In this document: positions 35,596 to 45,077 of the stretch, piece after piece | Layout: each line of letters begins with the position of its first letter | Numbering within the stretch: the stretch's first letter is position 1 | Assembly (NCBI GenBank): GCA_009773155.1 | Contig: WOVA01000009.1 | Location: 82 to 64,081 of the forward strand | DNA: 64,000 nt | Source of the DNA: Elusimicrobiota bacterium | Lineage (GTDB): Bacteria; Elusimicrobiota; Elusimicrobia; Elusimicrobiales; UBA9959 | Direction of reading: 5' to 3' | Position numbers and translations under genes: made by a program | Notes under the pieces: generated by a model | The model's database searches: none | What the model was told of the DNA's origin: nothing | The model's input: only the letters and a program-made list of their open reading frames with translations

Positions 35596-36411
35596 TCAGG
35601 CCGTCTTTTCAATAGAGGCCGCTGCAGAGTCCGCTGTCATCCTTCGGCGGCGGAGCGAGGTGAAGACGCCCGCGCCGGCCATGACGGCGAAGAGCACCAC
35701 GGCCAGGCGCATGGACGTCAGCAGGCCCTCGGCGTCGCCGGGGCCCAGGCGCGTCTTGCCCAGTACTATCGAGAAGATGAGCAGCACCACCGCCATGCTG
35801 AACATCTGGCCGGTCAGGCGCATGGTGGACAGGGCGGCGTAGGCGACCGAGTAACAGCGGGGCTCCACTGCGCTCATGGCGGCGTTGGTATTGGGCGAGG
35901 AGAAAAGAGCCAGTCCGAAGCCCAGCACTGCCAGCGCCAGCGCCAGGTAGGGCACCGGCGTGGACGGGCCGGCTACGATGAACATGAGTATTCCGGCGGC
36001 GGTGACGCCCATGCCGGCCGAGGCTATTCCCCCGGCGTCGCGGCGGTCGGAGAGCCGCCCGGCCAGCGGCGAGAAGACGGCCATGAACACCGGCTGCACG
36101 GCCAGCAGCAGCGGCCCGGTGGCCGAGAGGGCGCAGAGTATGGAGGCGAGGGTAAAAACATAATAGCCGATGATGAAGACGCGGCGGCGTCCGTAGATAT
36201 CGGCGGCGCGGCCCGCCGGGATCAGGAGGGCGCAGGCGGCCAGCAGGAAGGACAGCGACACCCAGCCCATCTGTGCCGCGCTAAGACCCAGGTCCAGCGC
36301 CATGGCGGGAAGGGCGATATTGATGGCCCCCAGCGTGAAAGGAGTGGCGAACGCGGCGATCATCGTCATGAAGAGCACGTCGCGGCGCGCGTCGGGGCTG
36401 TGACCGGTCAT
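35596..36411 (-). pseudogene. Internally deleted MFS (DHA2-like) transporter, 271 aa
   Basis: N-terminal INIALP and GRAADIYGRRR are joined directly to C-terminal QPVFMAVFSPLAGRLSDR and FSSPNTNAAM; the central TM helices are missing. Confidence 0.7.
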
Positions 36412-36453
36412 GGCATATATTTTATAATTTATCGTCGGTATTAAGGAGAGACC

Positions 36454-37011
36454 ATGAACAGGGAAGAAGCTTTGACGCTCCTGCGTGAGCACGTTAAGAA
36501 CGAGAACATGATAAAGCATTGCCTGGCTTCCGAAGCCGTGCTGCGCGCGCTGGCCGCGCGCCTGGGCCAGGACCCGGAGAAATGGGCGCTGGCGGGCCTG
36601 CTGCACGACATAGACGTGGAACTGACCGGCGGCGATATGCTGCGCCACACGCACGAGGCCGCGCGCCTGCTCAAAGAACAGGGCCTCCCCGACGACCTGG
36701 TGGAGGCCGTGCTGCTGCACAACGAGACCGCCCATCCCGGCAGGTCCCGCACCGACGCTTTCCATACCGCGCTGGCCGCCGGCGAGACTATAACCGGCCT
36801 GATAATGGCCACCGCCATGGTCTATCCCGACAAGAAGGTCGCCTCGGTGAAGCCGTCCTCTATCGTAAAGAGGATGAAGGACAAGCGCTTCGCCGCCTCC
36901 GTCAACCGCGACACCATCCGCGAGTGCGAGAAACTGGGGCTCACCCTGGAGCAGTTCGTGGAACTCTCGCTCGACGCGATGAAGGGCGTCTCGGCCGAAC
37001 TGGGGCTCTGA
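36454..37011 (+). CDS. HDIG-domain metal-dependent hydrolase
   Basis: KHCLA, GLLHDID, HN and FAASVNRDTI; SD AAGGAG. Confidence 0.88.
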   Translation: MNREEALTLLREHVKNENMIKHCLASEAVLRALAARLGQDPEKWALAGLLHDIDVELTGGDMLRHTHEAARLLKEQGLPDDLVEAVLLHNETAHPGRSRTDAFHTALAAGETITGLIMATAMVYPDKKVASVKPSSIVKRMKDKRFAASVNRDTIRECEKLGLTLEQFVELSLDAMKGVSAELGL

Positions 37012-37018
37012 GCGCCGC

Positions 37019-38572
37019 ATGAAAGGCCCGCGCCGCCTCCTGCCGGTACTCTTCCTGCTGCTGCCCGCCGCGGCGGCCGCGGATAAAGTCGTCGTCTACC
37101 ATACCAGCGACGTTCACGGCTGGTATTCCGCCCGTCCCGCCGAGTGGGACAACGACAACCCGTCCCGCCTCATCGGCGGTTTCGCCGCGCTGTCGGCGCG
37201 CGTGAAAAAAGAGAAGCGCCCCGTCCTGCTGCTGGATTCCGGCGACATGTTCCAGGGCACGCCCGAGGGCATACTCACGCGCGGCCTGGCCAGCGTGGAG
37301 CTGATGAACGCGCTGGGCTACGCGGCGACGGTGCCGGGCAACCACGAGTACGATTACGGCGAGGGGCAGTTGAAGGTCCTGGCCTCCAGCGCGTCCTTTC
37401 CCGTGCTGGGCGCTAACATCTATCTGAAAGAGACGGGCGCGGTGCCCGCTCACCTGAAGCCCTATACGATAGTGGAGCGAGGAGGCAAAAAGATCGCCGT
37501 GCTCGGCCTGGCCGGCCGGCATACGGCCACTTCTACGCTGCCGCAAAACGTCGCTCACCTGGATTTCCGCGACGAGGCCGCCGAGGCGGCCCGCTGGCTT
37601 ACCGAGATACGCCGGAGCAGCCCGGCCGCCGTGGTGCTGCTGATACACCTGGGCCTGGACGAGCGGCTCAGTCTCCGGCGGGTGGATATCTCCACCTGGA
37701 CCTTCGCCGCGGCACCTCCAGGCACGCTCCGCGTGGCGCGGTCGGCGCCGGGCTTCGACCTGGTGCTGGGCGGGCATAACCATACCGCGCTGCTGAATGG
37801 ATACCGTGACCCGGTCACGGGTACGGTGTTCGGCGAGAGCGGCTACGGCCTTTCCTATACCACCCGGGCCGAGCTGGACTTCGACGACACCACCGGCGAA
37901 TTGAAGAGCGTAGAGGCGGCGCTGGTGCCGCTCTGGACGGACGAGACCGGCGAGGACGCCGCCGTGCTGGAGATGATAGCCGGCTTCAGGGCGGACGTGG
38001 AGCGCGAGATGGGCCGCGTTCTGGGCCGGGCGGCCGATGACCTGCCGCAGGATCCCGGCTGGCTGGATTCGCCCGTCGGCAATCTCCTCTGCGACCTGAC
38101 GCGCGCCGCCGCGGGCGCGGACATCGCCCTGCATAATACCAAGGCGATACGGGCGCCCATACGCAAAGGCGAAGTGCGCCTGCGCGACCTGCAGCAGTCG
38201 CTGCCGTTCGAGAATACGATAGTGACGATGAGGCTTTACGGGTCGGACCTCAAGCGCATCATGGCCGACAATATCAGACACGGCCGCAGTTTCATGCAGG
38301 TCTCGGGCCTCGAAGTCGAGTTCCGCTCCGGCGAAGGTCCCCGCCCGGCGGTGATGCGCCTGCTGAGCGGCGGCCGCGAGATAAAGGACGGCGACGACTT
38401 CCTGGTGGCCACCAACAGTTACCTCTCCGGCGGCGGCGACCACGCGGCCGGTTTCGCGGCGGGCAGGGAAGTCGCGGATACGATGAAGCCGGTCCGGGGC
38501 GTTATCGAGGACGCCCTGGCCAGGGGGCCGCTTAAGGCTCCGGCCGGAGGCAGGATCAGGCGCCTGAAATAA
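37019..38572 (+). CDS. Exported bifunctional metallophosphatase/5'-nucleotidase (UshA-like)
   Basis: Signal peptide; HTSDVHG, DSGD, GNHEYDYG, GGHNH, LPFEN and QVSG. Confidence 0.92.
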   Translation: MKGPRRLLPVLFLLLPAAAAADKVVVYHTSDVHGWYSARPAEWDNDNPSRLIGGFAALSARVKKEKRPVLLLDSGDMFQGTPEGILTRGLASVELMNALGYAATVPGNHEYDYGEGQLKVLASSASFPVLGANIYLKETGAVPAHLKPYTIVERGGKKIAVLGLAGRHTATSTLPQNVAHLDFRDEAAEAARWLTEIRRSSPAAVVLLIHLGLDERLSLRRVDISTWTFAAAPPGTLRVARSAPGFDLVLGGHNHTALLNGYRDPVTGTVFGESGYGLSYTTRAELDFDDTTGELKSVEAALVPLWTDETGEDAAVLEMIAGFRADVEREMGRVLGRAADDLPQDPGWLDSPVGNLLCDLTRAAAGADIALHNTKAIRAPIRKGEVRLRDLQQSLPFENTIVTMRLYGSDLKRIMADNIRHGRSFMQVSGLEVEFRSGEGPRPAVMRLLSGGREIKDGDDFLVATNSYLSGGGDHAAGFAAGREVADTMKPVRGVIEDALARGPLKAPAGGRIRRLK

Positions 38573-38597
38573 CGCCTGCCGCGCGCCGCCGCAAATA

Positions 38598-38629
38598 AAA
38601 AGGCCCGCCGGTCGCCCGGCGGGCCTTTT
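38598..38629. terminator. Bidirectional intrinsic terminator
   Basis: aaaaggcccgccgg-tcgc-ccggcgggcctttt between convergent genes. Confidence 0.9.
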
Positions 38630-38649
38630 CATTTGGGCTGTCGCCCGTC

Positions 38650-39507
38650 TTACTGGTAGAAGTACATGTTGAGGAGGTAGTTGTAGGTCGTCTCCCCGAC
38701 GGTGAAGGGCTCGGTCAGCTTGTGGGTCCTGGAGCCGAGGAACTCTTTGTCGTTCTCTACGAGGAACTTCCTGTATTCCTCCAGCTTCTGCGCGGCGGCG
38801 GCCTCGTCGGTCGCGACCTTGGACTTGAAGCCCAGCTCCTTGCCGATGTAGAGCATGGTGAAGGAGTTGTCCCTGCGGATTATGTTGACGCCGGCGGTCT
38901 CGAGCAGGTCGTAGTCGATATCCTCGCCCTTCTTGAGTATGCGCATCTGCTTCTCATGGTCGTCGTTCTCGTCGCCCCTGGTTACGTAGTAGAGCACGAA
39001 GGTCGGGCGCAGCGCGTCGGACTTGACGTAGAAGGACGCTTTCACGGGGAGGCCGTTCTTTTCAAGGGCGGCTTCCATCGACGTCTTCAGGTTGTGCATC
39101 TCGGTAGGGTTGAGCGCGTCGTAGTTGAGTTTGTCGGCTATGAGGCGGCGCAGTACCAGGCCTTTGGGCGAGGTGTAATTGACTATGCCCATCTGTATGT
39201 CGGCCTTGTAGGTGACCTCGCCGACGACCATGCCCGCGGCCTGCAGTATCGGGTTCCACATCGCGGTGAATTCGGCGAACTCGGCCTCGGTCTTCGCGTA
39301 GGAGATCAGGCGGCTCTTGAGCGCCTGGGGCATGAGGTGAAGGCTGGTGAGGACGCCGGACTTGTCCAGCGCGGTCTCCGGCTCCTGCGCCTCGGGCAAC
39401 GCGAACTCGGCGGCGGTCACGTCTTTGACGGTGACGGCGTCGAGCTGAAAGCTGGCGGCCTGAAGCGGCGCGGAAAACAGTACTAGGGCGGCTGCTATTT
39501 TGAACAT
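38650..39507 (-). CDS. Exported hypothetical protein
   Basis: Signal peptide MFKIAAALVLFSAPLQA, SD GGAGG and strongly biased codon usage. Confidence 0.75.
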   Translation of the reverse strand: MFKIAAALVLFSAPLQAASFQLDAVTVKDVTAAEFALPEAQEPETALDKSGVLTSLHLMPQALKSRLISYAKTEAEFAEFTAMWNPILQAAGMVVGEVTYKADIQMGIVNYTSPKGLVLRRLIADKLNYDALNPTEMHNLKTSMEAALEKNGLPVKASFYVKSDALRPTFVLYYVTRGDENDDHEKQMRILKKGEDIDYDLLETAGVNIIRRDNSFTMLYIGKELGFKSKVATDEAAAAQKLEEYRKFLVENDKEFLGSRTHKLTEPFTVGETTYNYLLNMYFYQ

Positions 39508-39568
39508 TTATTCCCCTCCGTAACTTGGCTTACCTGTATATTTTACATTAAAGGCCCCGGCGGTTTAA

Positions 39569-39607
39569 GGGCTTTAGGACCCATGCTCCGGCCGGGACTA
39601 AAGACCC
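39569..39607. promoter_or_regulatory. Pair of GGNNN-WWW-GNNCC boxes 25 bp apart, upstream of the 38650..39507 gene
   Basis: gggctttaggaccc (39569) and gggactaaagaccc (39594). Confidence 0.4.
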
Positions 39608-39617
39608 ATAAGGGCAG

Positions 39618-40823
39618 TCAGGTTCTTGCGGCCCGCTCCTGGTTTTCCCAGGGGCCGAAGGCCCGGCCGGTGGACGAGAGCGAGCCGATGAACTTCCGGG
39701 TCCGCGGCGTGATCGGCGGCGGCTCGCTGGCGGCCAGCGGCGTGCCGGGCAGCGGCATGAAGGAATGAGCGTGGATCTTTGCCCCCAGCGGCAGCAGCGC
39801 TTCTATGAGGGATATGGTCGCTTTTTCGTCCGCCGGGGTTTCATCGGGCAGGCCGAAGATGAAGTCCACCACCGGCTTTATGCCGCTCGCGGCGCAGAGG
39901 CGGGCGGCCCGCAGCACGGCGCCCGCGTCATGGCCGCGGCCCAGCTTCTCCAGCAGCCGGTCGCTGCCCGTCTGCGCGCCTATCACCAGCGCCCGGTTGT
40001 CGGCGTAGGCCTTGAGCAGCATGAGGGTCTCGGGCGTGACATGGTCGGGCCTCACCTCGGACGGAAAAGAGCCGAAGAAAATACGCCCGCCGGGACCGGC
40101 CGCCTCGCGCGCGGACCTGAGGAGGTTCTCCAGCGCCGTCAGGTTCAGCCTCTTCCCGTCGGGAGAACCGTAGGAGAAAGCGTCGGGGCTGATGAAGCGG
40201 TGGTCGCGCATCTCGAGGGCGCTCATCGCCTCCAGCCAGCTCCGTATCTTGCCGACCGAGCGGTGGCGTTGCCCGGCGCCGAACAGGAAGGAGGTCTGGC
40301 AGTAGGCGCAGGCGTAGGGACAGCCGCGGGTTATCTCCACCGGCGAGAACCGGCCCCAGCGCAGAGAGCCCGGCGGGAAGGAGTCCAGGTCCGCCGGAGA
40401 GGAGGCCGTTATCACCCGGCCGTCGGGGATATCCCCCCGGGCCAGCGAGCGGACGAAGGCCGGCAGCGTAGCCTCGGCCTCTCCGCGGAAAACGAAGTCG
40501 AAGCCGGCCTCCAGCGTGCCGCCCGGGTCCCCGGACGGATGCGGCCCGCCGGCGATAAGGACGACCTTTTTCCCGAAGGTTTCGTCCAGCGCCGCGGCCG
40601 CGGAGGCGGCGGCCGGCGCGGACAGCGTGGAGAAGGAAAGGGCGGCGACCGCGGTCTCGCCGGCGGCCAGCGCAGCGGCGGTCTCGAAGAGCAGCGAGGG
40701 GACGTCTTGGGCGAAGCGGACGCTGAATCCTTCGGCTGGCAGCGATTCCAGCGCGCCGGAGAGTGCCGCCAGGCTGTATATGTTCTCCCTGGCCGAGAGG
40801 AAGACGAGCGTGACCGGCTTCAT
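39618..40823 (-). CDS. B12-binding-domain radical SAM protein (TIGR04013-like)
   Basis: GGPHPSG, GEAE, EITRGCPYACAYC, FGSFPSEVRP and FMPLPGTP; start 40823 overlaps the upstream stop. Confidence 0.85.
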   Translation of the reverse strand: MKPVTLVFLSARENIYSLAALSGALESLPAEGFSVRFAQDVPSLLFETAAALAAGETAVAALSFSTLSAPAAASAAAALDETFGKKVVLIAGGPHPSGDPGGTLEAGFDFVFRGEAEATLPAFVRSLARGDIPDGRVITASSPADLDSFPPGSLRWGRFSPVEITRGCPYACAYCQTSFLFGAGQRHRSVGKIRSWLEAMSALEMRDHRFISPDAFSYGSPDGKRLNLTALENLLRSAREAAGPGGRIFFGSFPSEVRPDHVTPETLMLLKAYADNRALVIGAQTGSDRLLEKLGRGHDAGAVLRAARLCAASGIKPVVDFIFGLPDETPADEKATISLIEALLPLGAKIHAHSFMPLPGTPLAASEPPPITPRTRKFIGSLSSTGRAFGPWENQERAART

Positions 40824-41587
40824 TCTTCCGCCGGCGGTTCCTGGTCTTCCGCCTCTTCCCCGGCGTCGTCCGCCGCCGTCAGGCGGGGCCGGTCGGCCCG
40901 GTCCTTGAGTCTGCAATAGGCGATGGCCGCGGCGCAGTTGAGCCAGGGGATGAAGACGAAATTCTTGAGCGCGTGGCCGGCCACGTCCCAGAAGCCGGTC
41001 TTGAACGTCACCGACGGGGCCTTGACGGAGCCTAGGTCTATCATAGACGGGGCGAAGACCTCTATGAGCACCATCAGCCCGAGCACCGGCAGCAGGTCCG
41101 TCCGGTGCCCCTGCGTTATCGCGGCGCTGCGCAGGAAACATTCCCTGACCGGCAGGTTTTCGTCCACCAGCGCGTACTCGCCGAAGGAGTAGGCCAGCAT
41201 GATGAGTATGCCGGGCACTATCAGCAGCATGAACCCGCCCAGCAGCATCATCGAGAATATGAGGGTGAAGGCCAGGGCCCTAAAATATATCGAGAAGCCG
41301 TAGAATATGTCGCGCAGCGATTCCCGGCCCCTGGCGGCCTTTATGTAGAAAAGGGCCACGCCCGCTTCGATGGGTATTATGACCGCCGTCATCCACGCGT
41401 AGGCGGGCCAGACGCTGCCGAACCTGTCGGCGAGGAAATAGACCGGCACGGAGAGCAGCGGCACGGCCAGTATGGCCGGGACCAGCCGGGGCAGCATCCC
41501 CGCATAGAAATCCCAGCCGTCCGCCAGCCAGGCCAGGCCGCTGTTGCCGCGGCCCCGCCCCGCCGGGACATTTTCAGGAGTTTCCAT
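40820..41587 (-). CDS. Integral membrane protein (DUF975-like)
   Basis: Multiple TM segments; LLIVPGI and S..ITQG pattern. Confidence 0.7.
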   Translation of the reverse strand: METPENVPAGRGRGNSGLAWLADGWDFYAGMLPRLVPAILAVPLLSVPVYFLADRFGSVWPAYAWMTAVIIPIEAGVALFYIKAARGRESLRDIFYGFSIYFRALAFTLIFSMMLLGGFMLLIVPGILIMLAYSFGEYALVDENLPVRECFLRSAAITQGHRTDLLPVLGLMVLIEVFAPSMIDLGSVKAPSVTFKTGFWDVAGHALKNFVFIPWLNCAAAIAYCRLKDRADRPRLTAADDAGEEAEDQEPPAEE

Positions 41588-41654
41588 TGCGGAGTAATTC
41601 TAATAAATACGGAACGCCCGTGACAGAGGCCCCAGGAATAAATAAAATGGGGAT

Positions 41655-42395
41655 ATGAATACCATCGCAACGATAGTCGCCTGCTCTCTTTTCCTGATCT
41701 CCTCTCTGCCAGCCTCCGCGGAGATCACTTCCGGAAGGGTGAAACTCCTCGATAAACCCGGAGGCAAGGTCATCGTTAAGCTCAGGAAGAATACCTTTGT
41801 TGAATGCGCCCCGGTTTCGGGCGGCTGGCAGCTGACCGGGCTGGTCTCGCTGATAGACAAGGGCGACTATAACCCTTTCACCGGCCTGATACGAGCGAAG
41901 AGCCCCCTCTATAACGAGGAGAGCGCGAAGATAGGCGAGGTCCTGACCGATGTGCGCGCCTGGCTGATAGAGGAGAAGAGCGGCCGCGCTATGCTGAGCT
42001 TCACGGGCTTCCTGAAGGAGGGCGAAATACGCCGGGATTCCCGGGTCGAGTACGCCCTGTCGAAGCTGGCGGAGGGCGCGCGGCGCGGGCTCACCCAGGA
42101 GGATTTCCGGGGGCACTTCGAGGATTTTTCTTACGAGGCCTGGGCGGGCCGGGGCTCGCTGCGCAGCTGGATGCTGAAGGACCACTGGATGGGCAGGGCG
42201 GCGCCCGGGCCGCGCATGATACTGATCTTCGACGGCGAGCGGCTGAGCGCCGCCATACATTCCCGCCCGCTGGACACCAGGAAGTTCAGGCCCGGCGAGG
42301 GTCCGCGCGGCTATCACATGACCTGGTTCGAGGGCATGCCCGAGACCGCCAAGGCCCGCATCCGCGACTTCTACTACCCCCTCGCCGAGAAATAA
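41655..42395 (+). CDS. Exported hypothetical protein
   Basis: Signal peptide ending ASA; overlaps the lipA 3' end convergently by 22 bp. Confidence 0.65.
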   Translation: MNTIATIVACSLFLISSLPASAEITSGRVKLLDKPGGKVIVKLRKNTFVECAPVSGGWQLTGLVSLIDKGDYNPFTGLIRAKSPLYNEESAKIGEVLTDVRAWLIEEKSGRAMLSFTGFLKEGEIRRDSRVEYALSKLAEGARRGLTQEDFRGHFEDFSYEAWAGRGSLRSWMLKDHWMGRAAPGPRMILIFDGERLSAAIHSRPLDTRKFRPGEGPRGYHMTWFEGMPETAKARIRDFYYPLAEK

Positions 42396-43264
42396 GGAAC
42401 AGCCTGGGAGTAGAGCCGGCCGGCGCGGTAGGAGCTGCGCACGAGCGGGCCGGCCAGGGCGGCCCTGAAGCCGAGCTCGACGGCCCGGCGCTGCCAGGCC
42501 TCGAACTCCATGGGTGTGTAATACCGTTTTACTTCGAAGTGTCCCTTTGACGGCGCCAGGTACTGCCCCAGCGTCACCAGGTCGCAGCCGGCGGAGACCG
42601 CGTCCCTTAGCGCCGCCTCCAGTTCCGCGTCCGTCTCGCCTAATCCCAGCATGAAGCCGGTCTTGACCAGCGAGGCCGGCCTGTACTTTTTCGCGTCCGA
42701 GAGGAACTCCAGCGAGCGGCGGTAATCGGCGCCCTTGCGCACGGCGTAGAGCGACGGCACGGTCTCCAGGTTGTGTCCCAGCACGTCGGGGCCGGCGTCC
42801 AGCACCGTCCTGAGCGCGACGCCGTCGCCGCCGAAGTCGGGTATCAGCGGCTCGGTCTTAACGCCCGGCGCGGACTTTTTAAGCGCCGCCAGCGTCGCCG
42901 CGAAATGGGACGCGCCGCCGTCGGGCAGGTCGTCGCGGGTGGGAGAGGTGAAGACGACATAGTTGAGCGCCCAGCGCCGCGCCAGTTCCCCCACCCGCGC
43001 AGGCTCGCCCGGGTCCGGCGCCAGCGGCTTCTTCTTGGACACAGCGCAGAAAGCGCAGGCGCGTGTGCAGATATCTCCGAGTAAGAGGAAAGTGGCTTCG
43101 CCCTCGGCGAAACATTTTCCCTTGTTGGGGCAGAGCGCCGAATCGCAGACGGTGTGCAGCCGCGCGCCGGCCAGGTCGCCGGCGGTGTCGCGGGCCGGCG
43201 CGCCGCGGAGCCCGGATTTGCTCTTCCGGACTTCCGCGACGATCCAGTCGGGGTAGACTCCCAT
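42374..43264 (-). CDS. lipA: Lipoyl synthase
   Basis: TVCDSALCPNKGKC, CTRACAFC, RDDLPDGG, HNLETV and GPLVRSSY. Confidence 0.94.
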   Translation of the reverse strand: MGVYPDWIVAEVRKSKSGLRGAPARDTAGDLAGARLHTVCDSALCPNKGKCFAEGEATFLLLGDICTRACAFCAVSKKKPLAPDPGEPARVGELARRWALNYVVFTSPTRDDLPDGGASHFAATLAALKKSAPGVKTEPLIPDFGGDGVALRTVLDAGPDVLGHNLETVPSLYAVRKGADYRRSLEFLSDAKKYRPASLVKTGFMLGLGETDAELEAALRDAVSAGCDLVTLGQYLAPSKGHFEVKRYYTPMEFEAWQRRAVELGFRAALAGPLVRSSYRAGRLYSQAVPYFSARG

Positions 43265-43265
43265 C

Positions 43266-45047
43266 TTATTGCGTTATCTTGAGGTGAAGCTCTTTGAGCT
43301 GACGCTCGTCTATCGCGGAGGGCGCGTCGCTCATCAGGCAGGAGCCGCTGGCCGTCTTGGGGAAGGCTATGACGTCGCGTATCGAGTCGGTGCCGCAGAG
43401 TATGCCGATGAGCCGGTCGAAGCCGATGCCTATCCCGCCGTGCGGCGGCGCGCCGAAGTCCAGCGCGTTCACTATCATGCCGAAGCGGCGCTGTACCTCT
43501 TCTTTCGAATAGCCCATCAGGCCGAAGATCTTTTCCTGCACGGCCCGGCTGTGGTTGCGCACGGAGCCGGAGCCTAGCTCTACGCCGTTGAGGACCAGGT
43601 CGTACTGGCAGGAGCGCATGCCGCCGGGGTCGGTGTCGAGCATCGGCAGTTCCTCGGTCAGCGGCGCGGTGAACGGGTTGTGCGTGAAAGTCCAATGACC
43701 GCTCTCGGCGTCCTTTTCGAGCAGCGGGAAGTGGCGCACCCACAGGAAGGCCCATTTGCGGGCCTGGGCGGGCTTGAGTTTCTTTATCAGTTCATTGCGC
43801 ACCAGCCCGAGCTGCGGCGCGGCCTGGGCCGCGGGGCCGGTCACCATGAAGACGATGTCCCCCTCCTTCATATCGAAGAAGTCCTTCACGGACGAGGTCT
43901 CGGCCTCGGAGAGGAATTTAAGCGCCGGGGATTCGAGCTTTCCGTCCTTGAGCCTGAACCAGAGCAGGCCCTTCGCCCCGGCCTTCTTGACGGTCTCGGT
44001 GAGCTTGTCTGTCTCGCCTCGAGAATAGACGGCCGCGCCGCCTTCGCCTTTGACGCCGCGCACCACGCCGCCCGCGGCCAGCGCCTCGGCGAATACCTTG
44101 AAGCCGGAAGCCTTGAAGAGCTGCGAACAATCCTGTATCTCCAGCTCGTAACGCAGGTCGGGCTTGTCCGAGCCGTAGCGCAGCATGGCGTCGGCGAACT
44201 CCATCTCCGGGAAAGGCGTCTCTATGTTTTCGCCCAGTCCGGAGAAGACGGCGCCGAGCATGTCCTCCACTACTGCGGCTACGTCCCGCTCGGTCACGAA
44301 GGACATCTCCACGTCTATCTGAGTGTGCTCGGGCTGGCGGTCGGCGCGCAGGTCCTCGTCTCGCAGCGCGCGGGCCAGCTGGAAGTAGCGGTCCATGCCG
44401 GCCACCATCAGCAGCTGCTTGAACACCTGCGGGGACTGGGGCAGGGCGTAGAAATGGCCCGGGTTCATGCGCGACGGCACGACATAGTCGCGCGCGCCCT
44501 CCGGCGTGGACCTGGTCAGCATAGGGGTCTCTATCTCGTTGAAGCCTTTGGCGAGCAGGTTGGAGCGGACCAGGCCGGCCACCTTGCTGCGCAGGACGAG
44601 GTTGCGGGCGACCTTGCCGCGGCGCAGGTCCAGGTAGCGGTACTTGAGGCGCGTGTCCTCCAGGACGCCGGCGTGCTCGCCGAGGTCGAAAGGCAGCGGC
44701 TGCGAAATATTGAGCGTCTCTATCTTTTCGGCGACCAGCTCTATCCCGCCGGTGGGCATCTTCGGGTTGACCATACCCTGCGGCCGCGGCGTCACTTTGC
44801 CGGTCACGCGCAGAACATATTCCGCCTTGGACTCCTCGGCCGCCTGGAAGGCCGCCGTGCCGGGGTTGGCCACGACCTGGGTGACGCCGTAGAGGTCGCG
44901 CAGGCTGATGAACAGCACTCCGCCGTGATTGCGCTTGGAGTCCATCCAGCCGCAGAGGGTCGCCGTCTTTCCGGCGTCGGCGTCACGCAGGGCGCCGCAG
45001 TCATGGGTGCGCAGATTCGTCTTGTTATGGTCGGGTCCGGTGGTCAT
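43266..45047 (-). CDS. aspS: Aspartate--tRNA ligase (non-discriminating-type signatures)
   Basis: RTHDCG, YRYLDLR, STPEGARD, PQSPQ, RDEDLRADRQPE and PPHGGIGIGFDR. Confidence 0.96.
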   Translation of the reverse strand: MTTGPDHNKTNLRTHDCGALRDADAGKTATLCGWMDSKRNHGGVLFISLRDLYGVTQVVANPGTAAFQAAEESKAEYVLRVTGKVTPRPQGMVNPKMPTGGIELVAEKIETLNISQPLPFDLGEHAGVLEDTRLKYRYLDLRRGKVARNLVLRSKVAGLVRSNLLAKGFNEIETPMLTRSTPEGARDYVVPSRMNPGHFYALPQSPQVFKQLLMVAGMDRYFQLARALRDEDLRADRQPEHTQIDVEMSFVTERDVAAVVEDMLGAVFSGLGENIETPFPEMEFADAMLRYGSDKPDLRYELEIQDCSQLFKASGFKVFAEALAAGGVVRGVKGEGGAAVYSRGETDKLTETVKKAGAKGLLWFRLKDGKLESPALKFLSEAETSSVKDFFDMKEGDIVFMVTGPAAQAAPQLGLVRNELIKKLKPAQARKWAFLWVRHFPLLEKDAESGHWTFTHNPFTAPLTEELPMLDTDPGGMRSCQYDLVLNGVELGSGSVRNHSRAVQEKIFGLMGYSKEEVQRRFGMIVNALDFGAPPHGGIGIGFDRLIGILCGTDSIRDVIAFPKTASGSCLMSDAPSAIDERQLKELHLKITQ

Positions 45048-45077
45048 AGCTCTCCTGGGACGGCTGCTTCGCCGTTT

